A stretch of DNA of 64,000 bases from an uncultured Chloroflexia bacterium (GTDB lineage Bacteria; Chloroflexota; Anaerolineae; CG2-30-64-16): contig CAVZDU010000003.1 of assembly GCA_963774265.1 (NCBI GenBank), positions 512,001-576,000 on the forward strand, in the 5' to 3' direction. Each line of letters begins with the position of its first letter. Position 1 is the stretch's first letter. The notes beneath the pieces were generated by a model. It had not been told where the DNA came from, searched no databases, and was given only the letters and a program-made list of their open reading frames with translations. This document shows positions 42,368 through 51,863 of the stretch, piece by piece. The position numbers and the translations under genes are program-made.

Positions 42368-43789
42368 TCAATCCGGTACGACCTCGCCGGCAGTTTCGTC
42401 CTGCCAAACCCAATCATCCGCGGCGAACGCCTCGGGATGTCGCTCGGCCCATTCACGGCGCGCCTGCGCGACGACGAAGATGGAGCCGGTGATGCAGACC
42501 AAATCATGGGGTTCCGCCCAGGCCAGGGCTTCACGCAGCGCGCTGCTCAGGTTCGGCTGCACGCTGATCGGCATCTGCGTGCTGAGCCGGCGCACCAGGT
42601 CGGCAAGCTGCGCCGGCTCAGCGGAGCGCGGGTGGCCGCTCTTCGTGACGATCACCTTGTCGGCGGGCAGATAGCCCGCGACGGCGGACCCATCGAGAAA
42701 CTGGCGCAGCATGCCGTCAATGTCCTTGTCCGACGACGCGCCGAACACCAGGCAGAGCTGGCGGCGGGGCGGCCGCGGGAAGTAGTCGGCCAGCGCTGAG
42801 CGCAGCTTGAGTGCGGAGTTCTCATTGTGCGCGCTGTCCACCACCAGCACCGGCTCGTGGTTCAGCAGTTCGAAGCGGCCAGGCCAACGCGCGTTGAGCA
42901 GGCCCGCACGGATGGCAGGCTCGCTGATGGCCACCCCTCTATCGCGCAATTGCTGAAGAATGGCGACCGCGGTGGTCGCGTTGTCCGACTGATGCCGTCC
43001 CAGCAGCGGGATGCGCAGATCGACGAAGGTGGGATCGCCGCCGGGTCCGCGGATCGTGAGCGTCTGGCCGGACAGGTCGAAGCCGTCCCTTTCCATCATC
43101 CAGTCGCTGCCGACCACGGTGAGCTTCGCGCGCGTGTCATGACAGACGCGCTGGATCACGGCCATGGCCTCGGGTTCCTGCGGTGCGCTGACCACAGGCA
43201 CGCCATGCTTGATGATGCCGGCCTTCTCGAAGGCGATCAGCGACAGCGTGTGTCCGAGCAGCTCGACGTGGTCGTAGCTGAGCGACGTGATGGCGCAGAC
43301 CGCGGGGTGGACGACGTTGGTCGCATCGAGCCGGCCGCCCAGGCCCACCTCGACGACCGCCCATTCGACGCCCTGCTCCGCGAAATGCTTGAAAGCCATG
43401 GCGGTCATCACTTCGAACGCGGTGATGCCGTCAACGGCTTCCAGCGCGGGACGGCAGCGGTCGAGCAGGTCCACCAGGTCAGCCTTGCTCATCAGCTGGC
43501 TGCCGACGCGGATGCGCTCCCGGAACGAGTGCAGGTGGGGCGAGGTGAACAGGCCCGTGCGGTAGCCCGCAGTGCGCAGCACAGACTCGACCATGGCCGA
43601 GGTGGACCCCTTGCCCTTGGTGCCCGCGATATGCACCGAACGGAACCGGTCGTGGGGCCGGCCGAGCAGGTCGAGCACGCGCTCCATGCGGCTCAGATCG
43701 AAGGTGGCGGCGTCGTATGGGTAACGGGCTTTCTTCTCGTAGTTGACGTAGCCGAAGATGTAATCGAGGGCATCCTGATAGCGGCCCAT
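42368..43789 (-). CDS. folC: Folylpolyglutamate synthase / dihydrofolate synthase
   Basis: AGTKGKGS, SPHL, EVGLGGRLDATN, EKAGI, DSAHN. Confidence 0.95.
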   Translation of the reverse strand: MGRYQDALDYIFGYVNYEKKARYPYDAATFDLSRMERVLDLLGRPHDRFRSVHIAGTKGKGSTSAMVESVLRTAGYRTGLFTSPHLHSFRERIRVGSQLMSKADLVDLLDRCRPALEAVDGITAFEVMTAMAFKHFAEQGVEWAVVEVGLGGRLDATNVVHPAVCAITSLSYDHVELLGHTLSLIAFEKAGIIKHGVPVVSAPQEPEAMAVIQRVCHDTRAKLTVVGSDWMMERDGFDLSGQTLTIRGPGGDPTFVDLRIPLLGRHQSDNATTAVAILQQLRDRGVAISEPAIRAGLLNARWPGRFELLNHEPVLVVDSAHNENSALKLRSALADYFPRPPRRQLCLVFGASSDKDIDGMLRQFLDGSAVAGYLPADKVIVTKSGHPRSAEPAQLADLVRRLSTQMPISVQPNLSSALREALAWAEPHDLVCITGSIFVVAQARREWAERHPEAFAADDWVWQDETAGEVVPD

Positions 43790-43873
43790 GCAAGGCTCCG
43801 ATGAAAGGATCAGATTAAGATTACATCTATCTTAACGCAGAAGACGCAAATCTCAAAGAGGGGAACGTTCTGC

Positions 43874-44560
43874 CTAAGACAATTTGATCTCCGTCACCCA
43901 TTTCACCCAGGCGCTCCCCGCCTTTCCTGGAAAGACGGCACGTAACGGGAAACCGTGCGAGGCAGGCAGCGGCTCGCCTTCCCACTCGTAGGCCAGGAAG
44001 TTACCCTCGGCTTGCGCGTCTGCCAGCGAGAAAGGGTGCTCATAGCCTTCAATGCTGGTCAGGGTTACGAGTGCCGCATGTTGCTGAGGACCTGCCAGCG
44101 CGATCACAGTCGCCAGGGTCGTCCCGGCCAGGTTGGACTCGTCCACGAAAAAGCCCGGGCAGTCCAGCGTGACCCTGGCCCCGACCTTGGGCAGACAGCG
44201 CAGTTCGCCATAGGTCAGGCTGAGCGGTTGCTGGGTTAGCCCGCTCACTGTCAGCCGGTAGCTAGCCAGGTCCACCGTCTGGGCCGGTCCGACCACGTGG
44301 AGGCCGGTCTCTGGCTCCTGCTGGGCGTAGCCGGGATATGGCAGCGGTGTGGGCGGCACGACGGTGGGCAGGCTGCGAGCACAGGCGCCGCTCGGCCAGA
44401 GCGGCGCCCTGGGCGTGCCCGACGCGCTGCTGGCTCCCTGGTCGTTGGCCGGCGAGGGCAGGGGGCTAACCAGGGGCGCCGGTGGCGGCGCTGTGCAGGC
44501 GGCCAGGCTCACCACCGCCTGGAGAGTCGTGACAAGGAAGGACCGGCGACTCAAAACCAT
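43874..44560 (-). CDS. Tat-exported molybdopterin-dependent oxidoreductase (sulfite oxidase/MsrP-like)
   Basis: SRRSFL Tat + LAAC; LDC Cys; LAY...GEPL...HGFPLR...G..WVKW. Confidence 0.8.
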   Translation of the reverse strand: MVLSRRSFLVTTLQAVVSLAACTAPPPAPLVSPLPSPANDQGASSASGTPRAPLWPSGACARSLPTVVPPTPLPYPGYAQQEPETGLHVVGPAQTVDLASYRLTVSGLTQQPLSLTYGELRCLPKVGARVTLDCPGFFVDESNLAGTTLATVIALAGPQQHAALVTLTSIEGYEHPFSLADAQAEGNFLAYEWEGEPLPASHGFPLRAVFPGKAGSAWVKWVTEIKLS

Positions 44561-44699
44561 GAGCCGCGGCCTTCCTTGGGAGTTGCGACCGCCGGAGAAT
44601 CCTGGTATCCAGTAAGCCATGAGGGCCTCCCAGCAGAGCACTGTCACGCAAAGCTAATCAGCTACGACACGATGAAGATGCGGTTGCGTTCCCGTTTAC

Positions 44700-44740
44700 A
44701 AAATGGCCTCTACCAGGGCTGATCTGTTGGTAGAGGCCAT
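44700..44740 (-). terminator. Rho-independent terminator after the ZIP gene
   Basis: ATGGCCTCTACCA / TGGTAGAGGCCAT stem followed by T-run on minus strand. Confidence 0.7.
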
Positions 44741-44820
44741 CTATCAGGGTCAGCCTCAAGCAATTTCAGTATAACGCTCTGGCAGGTCCGGGTCAACGGT
44801 TTAGCGCACTTCAGGGCCGC

Positions 44821-46065
44821 TTAGTTCACAAGCAGCGCAGTCGAGTACATGATGGCCAGCCCGGCCACGAACCCGCCGACATTTGCCCATGAGGTTATGG
44901 AGTCACCCTCCCGTCCGGCGTACCCCTGCAGCAGCGAGGTCACTTCCACAATGACCTGCCAGATGGCTCCCACACCCATCCCCAGGAACAAGCATGCCAG
45001 CAATGGCGAGTAGGCGAACCCGCCAATCCAGGCGCCAAGGATGGCCGGTGAGCCGGCCAGCAAGGCGAGTCCCACGAACGCCGGAAGACCGGGATCCTCC
45101 CGGCCGGCGGCGGACGCGCTGGCTCCCTGCTTCCCATGCGCCATCGGCGCTGCGATGCCGATTCCTTCGGTGATATTGTGCAGCGTGAAGCCGATTACCA
45201 GGAAAGACCCCAGCGCCGCTTCACCGAGGGCAAAGGCCGCGCCGATTGCCAGGCCCTCGCCGAGGTTGTGCAGGCCGATGCTGAAGGCGATCAAGGCGGC
45301 CAGCGAAAGGCCGCGACGCCCGGCCGGCTGCGCGCCCGGTCCGCGGCGCGGCTGAGCACGGAGCGCCAGCAGCACCAGCCAGGTCAGCAGGGCGGCAAAG
45401 AGCACCAGCGGTATCCCCTGGAATGCACCAGGGAGCAAGGCGGCCACCTCGAACGCTTCCAGGAGCGTGTCGATCAACAGGAACACCAGCAGCCCCAGGG
45501 TCAGGCTGAGCACCGCGCCGAGCGCCTTGCGGCCCATCCGCTTCATGACGGGAAACCAGAGCAGCCCCAGTCCGACCGGCACGATGCCAACGTAGACGCC
45601 GAGCAGGCCGTAGGCCGCAAACTGGGCCAGGCCCGGCCGGGGGGTCGGTGTGGCAATGCTGACCACACCGTCGAACGTGACGCCCGTTGAGGTGACGATG
45701 CGGATCACGTTTGGCTCAGCTTCCACCCACGGATAGGGGATGGAGAGCACCGCTCGTCCCAGGCGGGGAATCGTCGCGGACGGGGAGGCGCGGAACTGCC
45801 AGTACGCATCGTCCACCATCACTTGCGCCACCGTGACAGGGTCCGGCCCGCCGTTGATGAGCCCTGCCTCGAACCCGGACGGCGTGACCGCGATGCGCTC
45901 GAAGGTGAGGTTTTCGATGGGCGGTAGGCTGGCCCGAAAGATGGCCAGCGGATTGCCGAAGGCAAAGACCGCCAACATCAATGCCAATGCCACCAGCGGA
46001 ATGAGGCCTGACACCCATAGTGGCAGCCTCCCAGCGGTGGTCATTTCTCGTTCTGTAGTCGTCAT
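44821..46065 (-). CDS. ZIP family metal transporter with N-terminal extracellular domain
   Basis: GLHNLGEG and LHNITEG transport-site motifs. Confidence 0.88.
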   Translation of the reverse strand: MTTTEREMTTAGRLPLWVSGLIPLVALALMLAVFAFGNPLAIFRASLPPIENLTFERIAVTPSGFEAGLINGGPDPVTVAQVMVDDAYWQFRASPSATIPRLGRAVLSIPYPWVEAEPNVIRIVTSTGVTFDGVVSIATPTPRPGLAQFAAYGLLGVYVGIVPVGLGLLWFPVMKRMGRKALGAVLSLTLGLLVFLLIDTLLEAFEVAALLPGAFQGIPLVLFAALLTWLVLLALRAQPRRGPGAQPAGRRGLSLAALIAFSIGLHNLGEGLAIGAAFALGEAALGSFLVIGFTLHNITEGIGIAAPMAHGKQGASASAAGREDPGLPAFVGLALLAGSPAILGAWIGGFAYSPLLACLFLGMGVGAIWQVIVEVTSLLQGYAGREGDSITSWANVGGFVAGLAIMYSTALLVN

Positions 46066-46081
46066 CGTGCCACCTCTGTCC

Positions 46082-47125
46082 TCAATCTGGCGATGCCGTC
46101 TCGTCGGCCGATGCCTCGAAAAAGCCCATCCAACCCAACTCCGCCAGCTCGCTCTGGTGCGCGTGGAACATGTATTGGCCGGGGTACTCGAGGGAGAATT
46201 CCAACACATGGCGTTCGCCCTGTCCCATGATCACGTTATCGGTCAACTCGTACCGCTCCAGGTCCGTTCCCGTACGGTAGAGCCGATACATGCCCGCATG
46301 CAGATGGAACGAATTGACAGGGTCGAACTCGGTCGCATTGACCAAATAAACCCGAATTGGCTCGCCCACCTTGACCTGGATTGGATGCTTCGCGTAGTGA
46401 AACGCCACGGTGTTGACGGCGTAGATTTCGTTTTCGTTGTCGAAATTGGTGTCGAAGGCGTTCATCACCATCACCATTTCACGGGCCGGCGGTCGGCCCC
46501 CTGGCGGGTCGATGATGAACGCGCCGTACAGACCCTTGTGGATGTGCCGCTTCAGGGGCATCACGTGGCAGTGATACAGTTGCAGCCCGAACGGCTTGGC
46601 CTCGAACTCGTAAACGAAGTCGCCGCCGGTCGGCACCACAGGCGTCACGCCGTCCATGCTCGGTGGATGGATGCCGTGGAAGTGGATGGTGTGCGGCATG
46701 GATGAGGCGTTGTGGAAGCGGAAGCGCAACCAGTCGCCTTGCCGGCATCGGAAGGTGGGACCCGGCACCTGGCCGTTATAGGTCCAGGCGGGGAAGAACA
46801 CGCCCGGCGCAACCTCGATCTCCTTATCGGCCGCGTACACGTCCCATTCACGGACCGTCCGTCCATCAGACGCAATGCTCTCCCGGCCCCAATCGAATTC
46901 AGTCAGGAACCTGGTCGGATCGAAATCGGACAGGTTGACCTCGCCAACCAGCCCGCTATTTTCTCCATGGACCATGGCCGGAGCAGGGGCGTCAGCGGTC
47001 GCGCCATCATGGCCGGCCGTGGGCGCATGTCCCTGCGCGGCAGCGCCGCCGGCCGTCAACAGCGTGGCCGCGCCGGCCGTCAGAAATGCTCGTCTGCTCA
47101 GTCGAGCAGTCGTTTGAGAATCCAT
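46082..47125 (-). CDS. Tat-exported two-domain multicopper oxidase
   Basis: SRRAFL; HTIHFHG, YHCH..PLKRH..KGL, FHLH, FHAH. Confidence 0.9.
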   Translation of the reverse strand: MDSQTTARLSRRAFLTAGAATLLTAGGAAAQGHAPTAGHDGATADAPAPAMVHGENSGLVGEVNLSDFDPTRFLTEFDWGRESIASDGRTVREWDVYAADKEIEVAPGVFFPAWTYNGQVPGPTFRCRQGDWLRFRFHNASSMPHTIHFHGIHPPSMDGVTPVVPTGGDFVYEFEAKPFGLQLYHCHVMPLKRHIHKGLYGAFIIDPPGGRPPAREMVMVMNAFDTNFDNENEIYAVNTVAFHYAKHPIQVKVGEPIRVYLVNATEFDPVNSFHLHAGMYRLYRTGTDLERYELTDNVIMGQGERHVLEFSLEYPGQYMFHAHQSELAELGWMGFFEASADETASPD

Positions 47126-47135
47126 TTCAACACCT

Positions 47136-47840
47136 CTATACCTCTCGCAGGGTCAATTCACCGGCTGTCTGGTCCAGTACAACGAAAACCTGATCCGTAA
47201 TGCCTGGTCCCAGGGCATGCACCCCGGCGGGCTCCGCTACCCGCACCAGGAGTGGTCCCTGAAAGGGCACGCGCTCCGTGACTTCCACATGTGCTCCCAG
47301 CACCAGCCCAAGGTCGTTCAAGTAACGCAGGAGCGCAGGATCATCATCCAGCACCCGCCTCACCTCCGCGGGTCGACCGGGCGGCAGGTCGGTCAGGGGG
47401 ATGTCATGCAGCGCCTCCATGGCGCCATCGCGGCCGGGGATGGGTGACCCATGCGGATCGCGCGCCGGTTCACCCAGGTAGCGTGCGATGTCATCCACCA
47501 ACTCCTCGGAGATCGCGTGTTCCAGCCGGTGCGCCTCCGCGTGCACCCTGTCCCAGGAATACCCAAGCGCTGCGGTGAGGAAGCTCTCGATGAGGCGGTG
47601 GTGGCGGACAACCTCGAGTGCGGCCCTTTCCCCGGCCTCGGTCAGGCGGGCGCCCCGGTAAAGCTCGTGCACCACCAGGGGGGGATCCATGACGGACAGC
47701 TTCTTGAGCATGGCCGTGACCGATGCGGGCGCGAGTTCCAGGACGTGTGCGAGTTTTGTGGTGGATGCCCACTCCTGCCCCCCCTCGCACACGAGCTCGT
47801 ACAGCGCCTTCAGATAGTCCTGCACCGACTGGGATGTCAT
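47136..47840 (-). CDS. DtxR/MntR metal-dependent regulator with FeoA domain
   Basis: QDYLKALY, HHRL.E.FL, EAHRLEH, DPHGSPIP. Confidence 0.93.
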   Translation of the reverse strand: MTSQSVQDYLKALYELVCEGGQEWASTTKLAHVLELAPASVTAMLKKLSVMDPPLVVHELYRGARLTEAGERAALEVVRHHRLIESFLTAALGYSWDRVHAEAHRLEHAISEELVDDIARYLGEPARDPHGSPIPGRDGAMEALHDIPLTDLPPGRPAEVRRVLDDDPALLRYLNDLGLVLGAHVEVTERVPFQGPLLVRVAEPAGVHALGPGITDQVFVVLDQTAGELTLREV

Positions 47841-47858
47841 TTTGCTTCTCTCAAGTGT

Positions 47859-47908
47859 AATTTTTGTATAACTAAATTTAGTATATAGCGAGACGAAAGA
47901 TTTGTCAA
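47859..47908 (-). promoter_or_regulatory. Promoter and AT-rich operator candidate for the DtxR/MntR operon
   Basis: TTGACA (47908) -17 nt- TATACT (47885); palindrome ACTAAATTTAGT at 47871-47882. Confidence 0.7.
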
Positions 47909-47926
47909 GGGCCAACATTCAAAATC

Positions 47927-48868
47927 TCAGCATCTATTGAGGACGTAGGGGAGCCTGTCGAGCCAACGATTGCGTCCTAAGTAAGTGGGCAGATCAGGGA
48001 TCTTTCCGGCCACGCGGGCGCGCGCCAGCACCCGCGCGGCGGCTTTCACCAGGGGCATGTCGATCATCTTGCCATCCAGGCTGAACGCGCCGCGGCCAGC
48101 CAGCTGGTGCTCTCGCATGGCATTCATGACGCGGAGCGCGTGGCTTACAGCCGCATCGTCCGGCGTGAACGCGGCCTGCACCGGGTCGATTTGATTCGGG
48201 TGGATGACCTGTTTCCCCGCGTAACCCATCTGGCTGGCCTGCATGGCCTCCGCGACCAATCCTTCGGTATCGTGGTAATCAATGTACACCATATCGATGG
48301 CCTGCAGGCCGAACGCGGCCGCGTGGGTGACCACCGCGCTGCGCGCGTAGAACACTTCCCAGGCCGCAGGCGTGCGGATCGCGCCGATGTCGCCCGCCAG
48401 GTCTTCTGCGCCGAAGATCAGCGCTTGGAGACGGGGGTCAGCGCTCGCGATCTCCCTCAAGTTAACGATGCCGGCAGCAGTTTCGACCATGACGATGAGG
48501 ATGATCCCGCCGGCGGGCCAGCCGTTCGCCCGCTCAGCGGACGTGATGCGGTCGCTTGCCCAGCGGATCGCATCAGCGTCCTCCACTTTGGGGATCACGA
48601 TCCCATCGGGCCGCACCGTCAACCCCGCCCGAATGTCGTCTGCCTCCAATCCTGATCCCACAGGGTTGATGCGCACCAGCCGCTCGGCGCGGCCGAAGCT
48701 TAACTCTCGGAGCGTCGCGGGGATGGTGGCGCGCGCCTCAGCCTTCCGGCTCAGCGCGACACCGTCTTCCATATCGAGACATACGCAATCCACATCCAAG
48801 GTGGTTGCCTTCCGAATCTTCCGCTCATCATCGCCCGGCATGTAGAGCAGGGCTCGTCGCGCGCGCAT
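47927..48868 (-). CDS. CitE-like CoA ester lyase (HpcH/HpaI family)
   Basis: RRALLY.PG, DMED.V, VRIN, PKVE, VET, GAED, GKQVIHPNQI. Confidence 0.9.
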   Translation of the reverse strand: MRARRALLYMPGDDERKIRKATTLDVDCVCLDMEDGVALSRKAEARATIPATLRELSFGRAERLVRINPVGSGLEADDIRAGLTVRPDGIVIPKVEDADAIRWASDRITSAERANGWPAGGIILIVMVETAAGIVNLREIASADPRLQALIFGAEDLAGDIGAIRTPAAWEVFYARSAVVTHAAAFGLQAIDMVYIDYHDTEGLVAEAMQASQMGYAGKQVIHPNQIDPVQAAFTPDDAAVSHALRVMNAMREHQLAGRGAFSLDGKMIDMPLVKAAARVLARARVAGKIPDLPTYLGRNRWLDRLPYVLNRC

Positions 48869-48886
48869 CAGTCCTCCGGCATTTCA

Positions 48887-50327
48887 TCACTCGCCCAGGA
48901 TTTGGAATCGCGAGCGGATGGCTGCGTCCACTTCCGGCGCGAGCCCTGTTCCCGTAGAGCCGGCCAACAACCGGGCGACGCGAGCCGCGGCCCGCTGGCG
49001 TGTCTCCTGTCGCCCCGCGTCCTCCCATGCCGTCCGGTTGCGCCGATCCGACACACAGGGTTGGTAGTACTCCGAGCGCATGTATTGTAGGGTCAGCGGA
49101 TCGGTCAGGTAGTGGCCGCCCGGCCCGACACGGTCGATCGCCTCCACCGCCAGGGTGTCGGAGGTCAGCTCGATGCCGCGCAGCGTCCGCATGGCCATCC
49201 CCACAATTTCGTCATCGATCACCGCCTGCTCCAGCGAGGCGGTGCTCATGTTGTTGATCATCCCGATGGCGTGGTGGATGTAGTCGGCGCCGCTCATAGC
49301 AGCCAGCAGGAAAGTGGCCATCTTCTCGTAGCCCGCCTGCGCGTCCGGCACCTTGGCATCGGTCATCCCGCCGGAGCAGTAGATGGGCGTTCGGTAGAAA
49401 TGTGCTAATTGCGCGGCAGCCGCCTGCATGATCCCGAACTCCACCGCGCCGCCCAGGTAGCCACCGCTGCGCATGTCCGCCACACCCGGGATGTAACCGG
49501 CGAGTACGGGCGTGCCCGGCCGCACCAGCTGCGTGAGCACGATGCCGCTCAATTGCTCGGCGTTGAGCTGGGTCAACGTCCCGGCCAGGGTCACCGGTGA
49601 AGTGGAACCCGCCATGGGCGCGGATGAGAGCGCAAGCGGGAGCCCCTGTTGGCACCATGTCAGCAGGATGTCGGTCACCGATGTATCGAGATGCAGCGGG
49701 CTGACCATCCAGCACGCGATGGCCGACACGATGGGCCGGGCCTGCAGCGCCTCCAGCGAGCCGGCGATGAGCGTCGCCAGCTCGATCACCTGGCGCGCAC
49801 CTACCGCCGAGTCCACGCCACCCATCACGTGCTTCGTTGTGTGGGTCAAACACGTGTGGAAGCGATTCACCGGGACATGCTCCGCCGGGATATCAGTCGG
49901 ATAGATTGGCATCACCACGAAGTCGCAGTTCGGCAGTTTGTCGACCAGGGCAACCATTTGCCGTAGATCGGCCAACGTGGCGGGCCGCACGCTGGTCGCA
50001 CCCAAATCGAGCACCGCGGTCGGCGACCCGCCGGTGCCGGCGTAGACTCTTTTGTCTTCGAGCACGATGTCGTTGGCCGGATCGCGGCCGGCAAGGAGGA
50101 CGCGCGACGGTGCGAGCGCGAGGGCCTTTTCCACCATTTGTTCGGAGATGTAGACCCGCGCGCCATCAATACCGCGCGCCGCCCTGCCGAAACAGGTCAC
50201 GGGCGGTTTCGTGCTCCACGTGCACCCCCGTGCGTTCCAGCACCCGCATCGAAGCCTCGTGCACCTGCCGGATTTGTTCTTGGGTGAGTGGGCAATACTG
50301 CCCGCCCATCGGGCCTGGCCTTGGCAT
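48887..50327 (-). CDS. MttB-family (non-pyrrolysine) methyltransferase 1, frameshift near 5' end
   Basis: VHEASMRVLERTGV, AGSTSPVTLAG, TDAKVPDAQAGYE, VGPGGHYL. Confidence 0.9.
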
Positions 50328-50349
50328 GACTTCTCCTTTGGGCTTGGCC

Positions 50350-51801
50350 TCACCCCGCCTCAGCACGCCGGCGGTTCAGCACTTCGGTGATGGTCGCTTC
50401 AGCCGTCGGCGGCAGGCCTGGCACCTTGTGTTCCCGCAGGATTTTCTTCGCACGCCGGTTCGCGCGTTGGGTCATATCCTGGCCGCCCGCCGCCACCCAG
50501 GCGTCGTAGCGGTTGCGGTCGAACAACTTCGGGTGCCACTGGGCCCAGCGCCAATTGTCCAGCGTGTGATCATCAGCCAGGAAGCCCGCTCCCGGTTTGG
50601 CGCGGTGGATGGCATCGCGAGCCAGCGTGCGTTCGCTGACCTCGACACCGTCCATGATGAAGCGCACGTTGCGGATGATTTCATCGGCGATCACCAGCAT
50701 CTCCATGGAGGAGGTCGAGCCATATTCGATGTAGCCAACATCGTGGACCAGGTTGCAGCGCGCCAGGTACGCGCTCATGATGGTGATCGTCGCTTCGATG
50801 CCTGCCTGCGCGTCGGCCAGTTTGCTGTCGCTCGCGCCGGCTGCGCCCCAGACCGGAAGATCGTAGCTGCGGGCGATATCGCACCAGGCCATCATCCCCG
50901 TGGGCCACTCCGGCGCACCATAGCCGACGATCGTGGATCCCATGTCCAGCGCCGCGGTATTCATGCCGTACAGGAAAGGCGTTCCCTTGCGGACGAGTTG
51001 TGTCAGAACCAGCCCCACCAGGCACTCGGCGTTTCCCAGGGCCAGCGCGCCTGCCAACGTGATCGGGCCGCCGCCGCCGGTGTTCGGCGATGGCGGATAG
51101 GTCACTGGAATGCCCTTCTCAGCACAGAACAGCAGCTTGTCGACCGACTCATCCGGGAAGAGCAGGGGGGAGATGGGCTCTGCGTAAAGGATGAGGAACG
51201 GCTTCTCGCGAAGCTCCGTCTCACCACCCGCGATGGCGCAGGCGATTTGGTAGATGTCCTCCATGTCTCGCCGGTTGTTTGCCGTGTAGCAGGTAGGCTT
51301 GACCGAGCCGCGCATCATGGCGACAAACTCGTGGACATAGGCGTCCAGGGGGTCGACTTCGCCGGGGTTGCCCATCGACATCGTGAAATCGATTTGTTCC
51401 AGACCATCGCAAAGCTGGGCGATTCTGCGGACGTCCTCCGTCGTTGTCGGACGGCGTTCGCCGGTATCCACATCGACCGTGAAGATGCAATCCGACCCAG
51501 ACCCGAAGAAAACCTTCCCGGCCTGCAGCGGCATCGTCTGCTGGCCGAGCCGGTTGTACATGGGGATGCGCGCTGGCGCGCTGGCGATGGCGTTCATCAC
51601 CATATATTCCGGGATCTTGATCTTGCCATCGGCTTCCCATGCGCCAGCTTCCAGAAGCAAGCTGGCCGCGCGCTCGTTCTTCATCACGATGCCCGTGTGG
51701 GCCAGGATGTCCAACGATGTGTTGTGGATCTCCTTAATCTGGTCGTCCGACAGCATGCGGGTCGTCGGGTGCAAGGTCGAAATGGATATCTGGTCGGTCA
51801 T
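50350..51801 (-). CDS. MttB-family (non-pyrrolysine) methyltransferase 2
   Basis: EPISPL, GPITLAG, SDSKLADAQAG, HDVGY. Confidence 0.92.
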   Translation of the reverse strand: MTDQISISTLHPTTRMLSDDQIKEIHNTSLDILAHTGIVMKNERAASLLLEAGAWEADGKIKIPEYMVMNAIASAPARIPMYNRLGQQTMPLQAGKVFFGSGSDCIFTVDVDTGERRPTTTEDVRRIAQLCDGLEQIDFTMSMGNPGEVDPLDAYVHEFVAMMRGSVKPTCYTANNRRDMEDIYQIACAIAGGETELREKPFLILYAEPISPLLFPDESVDKLLFCAEKGIPVTYPPSPNTGGGGPITLAGALALGNAECLVGLVLTQLVRKGTPFLYGMNTAALDMGSTIVGYGAPEWPTGMMAWCDIARSYDLPVWGAAGASDSKLADAQAGIEATITIMSAYLARCNLVHDVGYIEYGSTSSMEMLVIADEIIRNVRFIMDGVEVSERTLARDAIHRAKPGAGFLADDHTLDNWRWAQWHPKLFDRNRYDAWVAAGGQDMTQRANRRAKKILREHKVPGLPPTAEATITEVLNRRRAEAG

Positions 51802-51863
51802 GATCTCTCCTTTTTGCTCCACCTTGAAAGTGCCTTTTGTATCCGTGGACATGCTTCGCGTGC

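Noticed and set aside
43805-43870. LexA box or operator upstream of folC-lon (TTAAGAT-n7-ATCTTAA, GAACGTTC)
   Set aside because: Does not match GAAC-N4-GTTC; the short IR could be chance
48887-51801. Pyrrolysine-encoding methyltransferases
   Set aside because: No in-frame amber codon at the expected position; no pyl genes in the window
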